This document shows, piece by piece, positions 9,670 through 19,475 of a DNA stretch of 64,000 bases. The stretch lies in IMG/VR virus record IMGVR_UViG_3300014043_000277. One strand, 5' to 3'. The notes beneath the pieces are model-generated. The model did no database searches. It was not told where the DNA came from and saw only the letters and a program-made list of their open reading frames with translations. This DNA comes from a virus (lineage: Duplodnaviria > Heunggongvirae > Uroviricota > Caudoviricetes). Made by a program: the position numbers and the translations under genes. Each line of letters opens with the position of its first letter. The first letter of the stretch is position 1.

Positions 9670-10695
9670 TCATACATGGCTCATGTTCGGCAGTGCTGTG
9701 ATGTATTTCCACATTGAATCAGGATCATAAATACTCATGTCACCGTTTTTGACTTTACCATCAACGAATAAAGCGGGAATGTAATCAGCTCGTTGCGTTT
9801 CACTCATCATGTAACCGAATTGATAGAACGTGCCCTGTTTGATTGAATCGGCGCTTATTTCCGTTTTCCCTTCTTCTTTTGTCACTCCGAGTTCCGATAA
9901 TACTGAAACTATTGTGTTTATGCGAGTGTTAGTGTCCTTTAAATCAGCTGTGTTTTCAAGCATGAGCTTTTCGATGACATTCCATGTTTTCGCCGGATCA
10001 TTATAATCAACCTCACCGAGTGCCTCCACTGCAAGCACGCTGTATTCATTTTCCGTTTGGACGAAACAGAATTCCATGTTAATCAAACCGCTTCTGATTC
10101 CCATGGAAATAGGACTCATGTTCTGCATGATGAAATTCCGTGATTTTGTATCACCGAATGCAAGAACCGCTTTCATGGTATGTGATGGCGTTGGCGCATT
10201 ATTCCCGTCCTTATCGCCTGGTTTGAAACCAATGCAATACATGTTCTTACCATCATTATCCTGTTGGATTATCTGTGTTTTGTTCACGCTGAATTCAGCC
10301 ATTTTACCGGATAACGGCGTTTCAACCCATTTATGATCATATCGTGTAATGGAATATTTCACACTGGTTTTCGGGGCTTCCACGATGTTCCGGACTTTAA
10401 GGAACCATACGGGAATGGCAATGAGCGCAAGGATGAGAATGCTTGTGAATGTTATCAGGAACACACGGTTCGCTTTCAATGTTTCCTTGAATGTCGCACG
10501 CTCAGATTTCTGTTTGACATCATTGATGTCATCATTGGATGCATCATTGGTTTTCATTTCCTTCCGGACTGTTTCCAATGCTTTCTCATAAGCCTTCTGC
10601 ATTACGGGATCATCATATTTCCTATTGTTTTCGGATGTCACGGGTTTATCATTATTGTTCTCTGGTTTCATGTCATCAATGTTATCATTATTCAT
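9670..10695 (-). CDS. Membrane-anchored thioredoxin/DsbA-fold protein lacking CxxC
   Basis: Single TM; AFGDTKSRNF at the position of DFxCPxCxxF; EYSVLAVEAL helix; YIPALFVDGK cis-Pro-loop-like. Start 10695 has an AGGAGG SD and overlaps the sbcD stop. Confidence 0.55.
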   Translation of the reverse strand: MNNDNIDDMKPENNNDKPVTSENNRKYDDPVMQKAYEKALETVRKEMKTNDASNDDINDVKQKSERATFKETLKANRVFLITFTSILILALIAIPVWFLKVRNIVEAPKTSVKYSITRYDHKWVETPLSGKMAEFSVNKTQIIQQDNDGKNMYCIGFKPGDKDGNNAPTPSHTMKAVLAFGDTKSRNFIMQNMSPISMGIRSGLINMEFCFVQTENEYSVLAVEALGEVDYNDPAKTWNVIEKLMLENTADLKDTNTRINTIVSVLSELGVTKEEGKTEISADSIKQGTFYQFGYMMSETQRADYIPALFVDGKVKNGDMSIYDPDSMWKYITALPNMSHV

Positions 10696-11914
10696 CCAAT
10701 GATTCCTCCTGTCCTTTACGAATGTAATCCTTAGTGTTCGCCTCAACTTGTTTACGCATGTTATCATCATTGATGGCGTTGTATTCATTGCTTGAACCGA
10801 GCCATGATGAGTATCTGTCCGCTATGGTTCCATTGGAATCAATGGATGCTGTTTTATCCTGTGCTTTTTCCGTTTCATCAATGGTTTGCGTTGTCATTCC
10901 CCATGTCAATGCGCCGGATGCGAGTTCCGATATTGCTGGCGTATCCAATGATTTTTTCTTCTCCGGTGAAATATTGATGATTTTTTGTCGTAATATCGGC
11001 ATTTCCGCGCCTGAATGCACTGAATCCAATGAACTATGCAAACGGTCAAGTATCAGTCCGCTGATTTCACTTGCCGTCATGTTTTTCGCGTCGATAACAG
11101 GATAATCCGATTGCGGACGCTGGCTAATCTGTTTGAATTCCGGTTTCATGGTTCCATCATTCATGAGAGTCCATTTAGTCCATCCGCGTCCGTATGATGT
11201 CATGCCATCACTGAAACCGCGTCGAATGAGCGAACCATTATATAAAGTCCGTTTGTTTCTGCCGACATAACGGCGTTCATGAATATGTCCGAGCAGACAA
11301 TAATCCCATTCTCCTGTTTTAATCATATCGGACGGGATTATGATTTCACGGGGCGCGGGGGCATCCATGTGGATCACCTGATTGTTCTCAGGGTCAATCA
11401 TGGTTCCATGCGCCGTGAACAGGTTAACCGCGTTTTTGAATGGTTTCACTTTGTCGAAAGTCGCTGCCTGCTCCGAAAAAAGATGATGTGAAACCATATG
11501 CAGCCATACATCCGGGAAAATCTCATGGATAGCATATGGTTCAGCATGTGAATAAATCCCCGCATCTCTGTCATCAATGACTGCACTGGCGGCGATTTCC
11601 GCGCGGATGTCAGATTGATCATGATTCCCGCTGATGCAATACACAGGTATTCCATTATCAGCCAATATTCTGAATTCACGTTGAGCGAACAGGATGCTGC
11701 GGATTGACGGTTCCGGCGTATGGAAAACATCACCCGCAATGAGTACAGCGTCAACAGTGCCTTCACTCAATATTTGATGAACCACCTCATCCAATGCCTT
11801 ATAACCATCCGCTTCACGCCAGTTAATTCCCTGTTTAGTCAGTTTATGGCCTGCCTTATAACCGAGATGCAAATCGCTTAAATGCGCAAGAACATAATTT
11901 CCATGTGAATCCAT
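10688..11914 (-). CDS. sbcD: SbcD/Mre11 metallophosphoesterase nuclease
   Basis: Motifs LSDLHLG, AGDVFH, GNHD, LLGHIHER. Confidence 0.9.
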   Translation of the reverse strand: MDSHGNYVLAHLSDLHLGYKAGHKLTKQGINWREADGYKALDEVVHQILSEGTVDAVLIAGDVFHTPEPSIRSILFAQREFRILADNGIPVYCISGNHDQSDIRAEIAASAVIDDRDAGIYSHAEPYAIHEIFPDVWLHMVSHHLFSEQAATFDKVKPFKNAVNLFTAHGTMIDPENNQVIHMDAPAPREIIIPSDMIKTGEWDYCLLGHIHERRYVGRNKRTLYNGSLIRRGFSDGMTSYGRGWTKWTLMNDGTMKPEFKQISQRPQSDYPVIDAKNMTASEISGLILDRLHSSLDSVHSGAEMPILRQKIINISPEKKKSLDTPAISELASGALTWGMTTQTIDETEKAQDKTASIDSNGTIADRYSSWLGSSNEYNAINDDNMRKQVEANTKDYIRKGQEESLDE

Positions 11915-12053
11915 GTAATCAATGATATCAATATGGTTCTGCGCTGGTTTCCTATTTCCTTGTTATTATCCCATTCATCTACGGCATCGCGATCAGTTTT
12001 AATCACATTATATGCGTTAATGAGTTCAATGTTGTCATGAGCATAATGATACG

Positions 12054-12088
12054 AAAAACGCCATGGTTCTGACTCACATGGCGTTTTT
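12054..12088 (-). terminator. Intrinsic terminator after thyX
   Basis: 12-bp inverted repeat aaaaacgccatg / catggcgttttt. Confidence 0.7.
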
Positions 12089-12103
12089 ATAATTATTCTA
12101 TTT

Positions 12104-13177
12104 TCAGTTACCGAGAATATGACGGCATTGAATCCATCCTGGGGTCAGATTGCCATGCATATTGCCATCATCATGGAACACATCAGCCGGTATCACATTG
12201 AAATCATTCACATCACCGAGACGTTCATATGTTTCGGAATCAATCGCCTGATGTTCCAATGGACTCATGTGCCCATCATGCAACAGGCGTTCCGCTAGAG
12301 CATGATTATCCGATTTTGCAAGTTTACTGCGATCCCTGTATGATATTCGAGCGCATTCCGATGCGGAATCCATAAGAACTCCACGCAGTTCATCCCATGT
12401 CATTTCATTCAATGGTTTCACCGTGTTCATGTCAATGAACGGCAGATGAATGTCAGCGTTGACTGGTTCGCTTGCATCCTGCGCCGCTTTCATTAGAACA
12501 GCGAGGGCATGGATTTCCGGCTGAGCGAATTCACTGATGCGCAAATGATAGAAATTATTCCAATAAGCGCTTGTTATCAGCGCCTCATGCCACATGAATG
12601 GTTCAATGAGACGGTTTGCATTCTGCTTATGGATGTTCGGCGCATTCTCATATTCGGGTCCGGGATTATCATTATTGTAAATATGCTCATAATATTCATC
12701 AATGACATGTTCCCAGTCAGATGCTTTCACCGGCATGGTATCACCGACAAGCATTCTCAATTCGCTTTCAACTGCGGAATCACGGGCTGCAAGCCAGAAT
12801 GATGTCGCTCGGTCAATGTCATCATTGTTTTCAATGAGAGCCCCGCCCATTCCCTTATGGTTCTCCGTGAATAATGGCACATACGGTTCACGCATGACAT
12901 CACCGATTGTGGTTCGGACGCTGCGCGCTCGGCTAGATGCGCTGTTCCTGCTGAACACACGATGAGTGTTCACTTCCGGCAGGATACAACGGGGAAATCT
13001 TGTAATCATTGTCGTCAGACGTTCATCTGAGCCATTGATTGTATCCGCGACGATTATCACCTTGAAACCATGCAGCCTATCATCCGCGTTCTCATCATAT
13101 GTCGCCTGAACGCATTCAACATTCCATGGCATCATGAGTTTTTCAATTTTAATATTCTGGTTGAAATCCATTTTCAC
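12104..13177 (-). CDS. thyX: Flavin-dependent thymidylate synthase, phage-like subtype
   Basis: FPRCILPEVNTHRVFSRNSASSRA (ThyX xHRxxSxxxxSxR motif), CARISY, HMSPLEHQA. Confidence 0.8.
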   Translation of the reverse strand: MKMDFNQNIKIEKLMMPWNVECVQATYDENADDRLHGFKVIIVADTINGSDERLTTMITRFPRCILPEVNTHRVFSRNSASSRARSVRTTIGDVMREPYVPLFTENHKGMGGALIENNDDIDRATSFWLAARDSAVESELRMLVGDTMPVKASDWEHVIDEYYEHIYNNDNPGPEYENAPNIHKQNANRLIEPFMWHEALITSAYWNNFYHLRISEFAQPEIHALAVLMKAAQDASEPVNADIHLPFIDMNTVKPLNEMTWDELRGVLMDSASECARISYRDRSKLAKSDNHALAERLLHDGHMSPLEHQAIDSETYERLGDVNDFNVIPADVFHDDGNMHGNLTPGWIQCRHILGN

Positions 13178-13242
13178 TCCATTCCAAAACGTGTCCGATT
13201 ATTACAATGTTATCATCATCGGAACATCATCGGGAAACGTGA

Positions 13243-13365
13243 ATTTCAAATCTGGCGCGAATTTTACATGTTTTGTGAGGAAGTGGTCGAAAACTATGGT
13301 TTTGATTATTTTAATTAAAATCTCCGTCCACAGAGCGCAATATTACGCGCTCTGTGGACGGCATC
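13243..13365. repeat. 123-bp dispersed repeat, copy A, ending in a 15-bp-arm palindrome
   Basis: Ungapped alignment to 40514-40636 (about 87/123 identical by hand count); palindrome ccgtccacagagcgc-aatattac-gcgctctgtggacgg at 13324-13361. Confidence 0.85.
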
Positions 13366-13462
13366 AAAATTCACGGAAAACGAGATGTTATAAAATACCA
13401 TTAAATCGGTATGTTTTGATAATAATGAAAATGAGAGCCTTTTCTGCATTCAGATCCACGTT

Positions 13463-13482
13463 TTGTCCACACTTGTGGACAT
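13463..13482. promoter_or_regulatory. Palindrome TGTCCACA-CT-TGTGGACA containing a TTGTCCACA DnaA-box-like 9-mer
   Basis: Read directly from the sequence; the same GTCCACA-N2-TGTGGAC recurs at 37499-37514. Confidence 0.5.
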
Positions 13483-13485
13483 TCG

Positions 13486-14436
13486 TCATACTTGCATATC
13501 ATCTGAATTATTCTGAATGAATTTATCATTCGTCGTGAATTTATTATATGTCGGAATATACATGTTCATTGTCAAACCGAATGAATTTGACAATGGGATT
13601 CCATCATCGGTTGAATCCGTTCCGTTACGTGAAATGTTAATCGGCGTTCCGATACGCCCGAAAACATCATTATACACGAACATGTATGAATGCCTGTGCG
13701 CATGCATGAACTGTGGATAAACAAGATCATCATCAAACAATGCATCCATTTCTAATCGTTGCGTGGCGCTTCTGTCCGCTGGCATGTCAGGATGCAATTC
13801 CTCCCATACGTCAATCCATCCCGATGGCGCGAAACCATCCCTTGTTATTCTTCCTTCCAGATAACGGACGGATTGTCCTTTCGGATCAACATGCATGTTC
13901 CCTGCGAGAACAAGCAGCGCCTTGTAATGTTCCTGATTCCGAGTTTTCAGAATGTAAGCATCCTTGTTCACAATGCCTGCAAGCATCATCCTTGCTTCCG
14001 CATGGAACACGCCGGGGACATTTTCAACATTATAGAAATCAATTGTGCGTCCACGATAATACACTGTCGTTATGACGCAATCGGGGGCGAGAATGCGTTT
14101 CATTCCTTTTTTATCAATCATTGACAGTTCAAGATTCCGGGAACCGAGAACCTGCACATTCGGTGAAACCCATGTCATGTTCACGGATGGTTTGCCGAAA
14201 ATCGTTTCCTTGTAATCACTTACTGCAAGATAACCGGATTGACGCAGCGCTCCCTGTAAAGTGTATGATTCAGGTGAAACTCCCTGCATCATTATGACTT
14301 CCGGATCCTCATCCATGAGTAGTTGCAAATATGTTTCGCTCCGTGATTTATAATATGGATGAGCACAGTCAAAATGACAATAATCCACCTGGAAAATGTC
14401 CTTACGGTCAATCCTGTAATCTGGTTCGGCTCCCAT
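13486..14436 (-). CDS. Endonuclease/exonuclease/phosphatase (EEP)-fold protein with degenerate catalytic motifs
   Basis: DPEVIMMQGV (canonical QE), LAGNMH (GDFN), WIDVWEELHP, RHSYMFV (RIDYIF), LSNSFGL (SDH) in the canonical order. Confidence 0.65.
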   Translation of the reverse strand: MGAEPDYRIDRKDIFQVDYCHFDCAHPYYKSRSETYLQLLMDEDPEVIMMQGVSPESYTLQGALRQSGYLAVSDYKETIFGKPSVNMTWVSPNVQVLGSRNLELSMIDKKGMKRILAPDCVITTVYYRGRTIDFYNVENVPGVFHAEARMMLAGIVNKDAYILKTRNQEHYKALLVLAGNMHVDPKGQSVRYLEGRITRDGFAPSGWIDVWEELHPDMPADRSATQRLEMDALFDDDLVYPQFMHAHRHSYMFVYNDVFGRIGTPINISRNGTDSTDDGIPLSNSFGLTMNMYIPTYNKFTTNDKFIQNNSDDMQV

Positions 14437-14437
14437 G

Positions 14438-15223
14438 TCAGTATGCTCCTTCCACTCCGTGCTCCAGTATGGCTTTCACTGCTTTTTTGCCATATAATAG
14501 TTTGAAACACACTTTTTTAATTTGCAATAATGACATGTCATCGAAATTGCCTGAGAATGAAAACACGTAACCGATTCCGTTATGTTTCATTGCTTCCTCA
14601 ACGAACCTGTCCCATGCGTCCAAACCGTATTTCTGACGTTTCATCATTCCGGCGTCACCGTTAATGTTATCAATGATGACAAGCCGTGTTCTGTCAGTGA
14701 ATACTGTTTTCAACCAATCGTCATTCTTCCATGATGTCAGTTTATCCAGCAGGTTCGCTTCTGTTATCATGCTGATTTCACTGACGGGATCGGTTATGAT
14801 TCCATGCGAATACAATGCGCTCACATAAGCATACATCGCCCATGTTTTTCCTTTTGGAATGAGCGTCAATGCGTGTTTCGGATCATTTGAACCTCGGATG
14901 TAATCGGGATTGTCATATTCCCTTGAACCGAGAATAACTGATGCGGGATTACCTGGTGTTGATTGCGCTATGGCATCATTCAACGCTTTTTCAACATCAG
15001 GATCATGAGCGCCGATGCTTTCAATGCTTGCAGAGCGGAAATCCTGTGGACACCATGTCATCCATTGATCCCATGATTCCTCACGATTCTTCTCATTCTG
15101 TTCACGCACGCTGTAATCGCTTATTTTCTCCTGCGCTTTTTTGTATTCATTATAAGCATTGTAGTCAATGGTGTTCCGTCTGTAAATATGCTTGCCATCA
15201 TAACTTATCGGCATGTCATTCAT
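14438..15223 (-). CDS. DnaC/IstB-like helicase-loader AAA protein, degenerate
   Basis: WCPQDFRSASI start of the AAA domain, interrupted Walker A (LG...PKGKTW), Walker B RLVIIDN; two genes downstream of dnaB. Confidence 0.55.
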   Translation of the reverse strand: MNDMPISYDGKHIYRRNTIDYNAYNEYKKAQEKISDYSVREQNEKNREESWDQWMTWCPQDFRSASIESIGAHDPDVEKALNDAIAQSTPGNPASVILGSREYDNPDYIRGSNDPKHALTLIPKGKTWAMYAYVSALYSHGIITDPVSEISMITEANLLDKLTSWKNDDWLKTVFTDRTRLVIIDNINGDAGMMKRQKYGLDAWDRFVEEAMKHNGIGYVFSFSGNFDDMSLLQIKKVCFKLLYGKKAVKAILEHGVEGAY

Positions 15224-15737
15224 TTCCTTTCACATTCAGAACATCATTCGTGATGCGATTATAATCCTTTTCACTCACTCCTGATAGTAGATTCATCGGC
15301 ATTAATCCCTTATCATATTTCAAACCGATTTGTGACATTGTATACTGGTTTATAGGCATCATGCTTTTAATGACGAATAATAGGATTTCAAAAAAACGGC
15401 TTGTCGTCCATGAACCATTATAAACGAATCTGACATAAGCGTTTTCAATTTCATTATGAATGAGTTCATATGAACCGCCACGGGATGCGACATACGGGTC
15501 AATGAAACGAATGTATGTCGTTGTTCCCTGCATGCGTCCAATGAATGCATCCGCCATGATTCCTGATTCAGGGATTTCATTCGCATCATCCTCATCATAT
15601 AATGAGAACAGATTATCATCGTCATAAGTGGATGCCATCCGGCTTTTAACCATGCCATCCTGTTTATCACGGATTGTTTCATTCGCGTCCCTGTCCGCTT
15701 TAACCTGCCTTTTAGTTCTTCTTGCAGCCATTTGCAT
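15216..15737 (-). CDS. Hypothetical protein
   Basis: 173-aa ORF tightly packed between dnaB and the loader-like gene. Confidence 0.65.
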   Translation of the reverse strand: MQMAARRTKRQVKADRDANETIRDKQDGMVKSRMASTYDDDNLFSLYDEDDANEIPESGIMADAFIGRMQGTTTYIRFIDPYVASRGGSYELIHNEIENAYVRFVYNGSWTTSRFFEILLFVIKSMMPINQYTMSQIGLKYDKGLMPMNLLSGVSEKDYNRITNDVLNVKGNE

Positions 15738-15748
15738 CCACTTCCTTT

Positions 15749-17344
15749 TTATCCGAACAGTTCATCGAAACTGTCATCGTCATCATCAATGTCATCCAAT
15801 TGACTGTCGCCTTCAATGCCGTCAATGTCATCATCCACGGTATTGTTAACATAATCAGTCATGCCATCATTGGATGATGGAATATCGTCAATCTCATCCT
15901 CATCCGATTCATCATCATTGTTTTCCTTGATTTCCTCAAATTTCGCGCGCCATAACCATGAATGGCACATGAATGAACCTTTTTCACCGCCACGGTTCTT
16001 CTCAATGATAAATTTCGTCGGAATGTCACTTGCTTTTTTCGTTTCATCCTTACGTCTATGCAATAGGATTATCACGTTAGCGTCATTCGCGATTGCACCG
16101 GATTCGCGAATATGAGCGAGCGTCGGTTCTTCCTCCGCTTCTTCACCGCGCAAACGGTTATCCAATTGGACGAGAATGATGACTGGAATTCCCATTGTCA
16201 TTGCCATTTCCTTCAATGAACGGCTCATGTCAGCTATCTGATTCTGTTTATCATTCCTGTTACCAATGTATTTAATCAAACCGAGATAATCAATGATGAC
16301 AAGATCCAACCCATCCTCCGATTGCGCTTTTTTGGATGCGGTTGAACGAATGTATTCAATTGTTGAATCCTGTGATGTGTCAATGTCGATTTTCAACCGG
16401 CTCACTTCTTTTTCAGCGTTCACAACCATTTCAAGCTGTTTATCATCAATGTTACCTGAAACCAGTTTATTGATTGGAATTCCCGTGATGCATGCGACGA
16501 ATCTTGTTTCAATTTCCTGTAATGTCATTTCCATGCTGAAAAACAGGACGCTCATTCCAGCTGATGCAGCCGCGAGCGCCTCATCAACAGCGAACACGGA
16601 TTTTCCGATACCGGTTCGAGCGCCGACAACAATAGTGTTACCGGGTTGCCATCCATGCAGTTTCTCATCCAATGTTTTGAAACCAGTCGGAATTCCATGA
16701 GCGGCGGCAAGCTGATCACCGGATTCCTTGAATGTTTTCATGCGTTCTTTCAAATCATTAATGAAAGTGTCATAATAATCGGAAATTGATGACGCCATTT
16801 TGCTTGTTTCCAAGCTGCCTGTCAGATCAGTCAATTTGCTCTGTGTGCGTTCAATGACTTCCCTTGCTGTTTTACCTGAATCAATTGTCAAATCATTACG
16901 GACATCATTCAAATCTTTGATCGCCTTCGATTTGATTGACGCATCCTTAATGAAACGAGCATAAGTGTCAACTGTCGCAATGGCACCAGCAGTGAAACCA
17001 TGTTCAAATAATGATAGTATTCTTGCGGCTCCGCCAGCGGCGACAAGATTGCCTTCTTTTTCAAGCTCAATCTGAACAGCATCAGGTGCTATGTCAATAC
17101 TGTTCATCACCATTGTACGCATAGCATGAAAAATATGTTTGCATCCGGCATCATTGAAATCATCATCATCCAGCATGCTCATGACATCCAATGCGCGTTC
17201 CGGTTTCACAAGCAATGATGAAATAAGGTTCTCCTGTGTTGTTTTATATAAATCAGCGCATATTTTGCGCTCATTCTCCTTTTCATCCTGCGCCTGCCGT
17301 TCGGAATCATTAATCATTCCGGCGTCATTCTCATTATCAACCAT
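15749..17344 (-). CDS. dnaB: Replicative DNA helicase DnaB
   Basis: N-terminal DnaB domain; GARTGIGKS, FFSMEM, IIDYLGLI, RESGAIANDANVIILLHR, IIEKNRGG; acidic tail ending SFDELFG. Confidence 0.95.
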   Translation of the reverse strand: MVDNENDAGMINDSERQAQDEKENERKICADLYKTTQENLISSLLVKPERALDVMSMLDDDDFNDAGCKHIFHAMRTMVMNSIDIAPDAVQIELEKEGNLVAAGGAARILSLFEHGFTAGAIATVDTYARFIKDASIKSKAIKDLNDVRNDLTIDSGKTAREVIERTQSKLTDLTGSLETSKMASSISDYYDTFINDLKERMKTFKESGDQLAAAHGIPTGFKTLDEKLHGWQPGNTIVVGARTGIGKSVFAVDEALAAASAGMSVLFFSMEMTLQEIETRFVACITGIPINKLVSGNIDDKQLEMVVNAEKEVSRLKIDIDTSQDSTIEYIRSTASKKAQSEDGLDLVIIDYLGLIKYIGNRNDKQNQIADMSRSLKEMAMTMGIPVIILVQLDNRLRGEEAEEEPTLAHIRESGAIANDANVIILLHRRKDETKKASDIPTKFIIEKNRGGEKGSFMCHSWLWRAKFEEIKENNDDESDEDEIDDIPSSNDGMTDYVNNTVDDDIDGIEGDSQLDDIDDDDDSFDELFG

Positions 17345-17387
17345 GATTCCAATGATATCAATGATTGCATGTATTCAGGAACCGGAA

Positions 17388-17429
17388 ATAAAAAGAGGAA
17401 CATGCGCATTGTCATGTTCCTCTTTTTAT
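17388..17429 (-). terminator. Intrinsic terminator
   Basis: Perfect 17-bp inverted repeat ataaaaagaggaacatg / catgttcctctttttat. Confidence 0.75.
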
Positions 17430-17442
17430 CAATTTTATGTTA

Positions 17443-18468
17443 TCAGTTCTGCTCAATTACTTTCGCGAGTGTTTCAGCATCGGGCTGATTGGAGCGCGCC
17501 ATCACAGCATTCGGTTTTTCGCTTTTGTATGCACGGGGGCAAATGTTCACAAGCGGACACCATGAGCATAATGCTTTCGGTTTTGAATTCGATGTTTTCG
17601 GATTGCATTCATATGTGTTCAGTTTGATTCCGTCATTCACCATATTCGCGACTTTTTCAACATCATCAATGGTTTTCCTGCGGTATTCAGGGTTTTTCAC
17701 ATCCACTGGCAGAATGACACCTGTCGTTATACCATCAGGGTTCTCCGCGACGGGATAAATCAGCCTTCCGCCTTTCACGTTGAAACCATCCGGATATGTG
17801 TTCTTATCCTGTTCCAATAGCATTGCATACATTGTCTGCTGGCGAATGTAACCAAAATCAGCGAATGTATCTTTCGGATCATACTTTTTCGCCTTACGCC
17901 CTGATTTATAATCATCAATGATGACGGTTCGAGGGTCATCAGGATCAGCTTGAATGAGACGGTCAACTTTACCGAATGAACGGCGAGTTGCATTCCCGAT
18001 AATACCGGATACAGGCATTTCCAATCCGAGTTTATGGTTCTTCCATTTATCATAATAGGACGCAATGATGACATCCGTCGCGCTTGCAGGCATTCTGGAA
18101 TAACGGGTAATGGAATTTTCCAGCCAGTCCACGAAAACAGGATTGTCACGGACTTCTTCTGGCGATTCACGTAATGCCGCGCGCATTGCTGCTTCAATCA
18201 AGCCTCTGTTAATTGTTTTACCGCGCGTGCTTTCATCCACTCCGTAATATTTTTCCAATACGAGATGCATGGCGGTTCCACGGACAAGGGGATTATCAGG
18301 CTCCTGTGGAATAACCTCATCTTTCAGATATTTGTCGAACATCGCTTTCGCAGGACAATTCAACATGCCCTCAATGAGAGTAGCTGAAATGGTTACATGA
18401 TTGATTTTATCCTCAATTTCCTCATTTTCAAAATGCAATCCGTCATTGTCAATATACGCTTTCGCCAT
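17443..18468 (-). CDS. RecB/AddB-family PD-(D/E)XK nuclease with four Cys (Fe-S-type layout)
   Basis: NCPAK, GKVDRL, IIDDYKSG, QQTMYA, LCSWCPLVNIC. Confidence 0.8.
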   Translation of the reverse strand: MAKAYIDNDGLHFENEEIEDKINHVTISATLIEGMLNCPAKAMFDKYLKDEVIPQEPDNPLVRGTAMHLVLEKYYGVDESTRGKTINRGLIEAAMRAALRESPEEVRDNPVFVDWLENSITRYSRMPASATDVIIASYYDKWKNHKLGLEMPVSGIIGNATRRSFGKVDRLIQADPDDPRTVIIDDYKSGRKAKKYDPKDTFADFGYIRQQTMYAMLLEQDKNTYPDGFNVKGGRLIYPVAENPDGITTGVILPVDVKNPEYRRKTIDDVEKVANMVNDGIKLNTYECNPKTSNSKPKALCSWCPLVNICPRAYKSEKPNAVMARSNQPDAETLAKVIEQN

Positions 18469-18533
18469 TTGGTTAAAACTCCAGTTCTTCTTTTCAGTGC
18501 TTATTTATGATGAATACTATTATATCACATTAT

Positions 18534-19427
18534 TCATTTACTTGCACTGGATACACGGAAACCTGCTTCATTCTGTAATGTTTTAGCGGTTGCCGCATCG
18601 GAAATCAGCATCAAACCTGATTGATCCGGAGCGATTATGACGGTTTCCGTCATGTTCTGCCCGTCAAGTTTCACGACGGTTGAATATGCGATACTACTGC
18701 CCTGCACTGTGAATTCATTGGTTTCAGTGTCAGTCATGAGAACGGATGAACTTGACGCATCACGGAACGCGAACAATTCAGCTGTCTTATCGCCTGTTTT
18801 AACCTGACCGACATAGCATGTGGCTGCATGTGAATTCAACGCGCAGTCATCCTTCTTATCAATTGATGACACTCCTGGCATTTCAATAGTGGAAACGGTT
18901 TTCTCGCCGTCAAGCTTCACATTCCTGCCATCAATGTTCACAGTTGTGTTCGTGGATGCGGAAACATATGATATGCCGGTGGCGCTTGCAGGATTGCCAC
19001 CATTGTTCGCATTCTCATATTTACTGCTTGGTTTCTCAACCGGCTGTTCCGTCTGCTGTTGGGTGTTGTCATCGCCGGTTATGTTATCAATGAACACATG
19101 ATTCAGCATGTACATGATGGAAGTGGCGATTATCGCAAGTAGAATCAAACAAATGAGTATCATCCTCACTATTTTAGCATTGCTTCGTGTTTCATGTTTC
19201 CTTTTGGCTTGCAATGCGATTTTCGCATCATCCCTGTCAGGATCATTCTTAGTCAATGCATCCCACATGTGATAGGTGGAATCAACGTTCTTCACATCAT
19301 TTGCTTTCATATACTGTATGGATGCGATGTCAATTGCATCCATTGACTGAGCATCCAATTTCTCATGGGGTTCATGATTATCATCATTCATGAACGGATT
19401 ATCATCATTAAGAGCCATCGTATTCAA
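18534..19427 (-). CDS. Single-pass membrane protein with beta-rich extracellular domain
   Basis: Acidic N-terminus, hydrophobic IVRMILICLILLAIIATSIMYML, paired Cys. Confidence 0.7.
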   Translation of the reverse strand: MNTMALNDDNPFMNDDNHEPHEKLDAQSMDAIDIASIQYMKANDVKNVDSTYHMWDALTKNDPDRDDAKIALQAKRKHETRSNAKIVRMILICLILLAIIATSIMYMLNHVFIDNITGDDNTQQQTEQPVEKPSSKYENANNGGNPASATGISYVSASTNTTVNIDGRNVKLDGEKTVSTIEMPGVSSIDKKDDCALNSHAATCYVGQVKTGDKTAELFAFRDASSSSVLMTDTETNEFTVQGSSIAYSTVVKLDGQNMTETVIIAPDQSGLMLISDAATAKTLQNEAGFRVSSASK

Positions 19428-19475
19428 AAATCCTTCCAGTGTTGTTATTTTACCGCTTTAATCAATTATATCAAA

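Noticed and set aside
11931-12050. Protein-like frame (HDNIELINAYNVIKTDRDAVDEW...) and an 11-codon ORF behind a TATCAT-N7-ATG
   Set aside because: No start codon for the longer frame and the short ORF is too small to support without expression data.
13712-13720. Perfect TTATCCACA DnaA box (minus strand)
   Set aside because: Single hit inside a coding region; about one such 9-mer is expected by chance in 64 kb.
17443-18468. Cas4 / CRISPR adaptation call
   Set aside because: No cas1/cas2 or array in the window; the context is replication and recombination.
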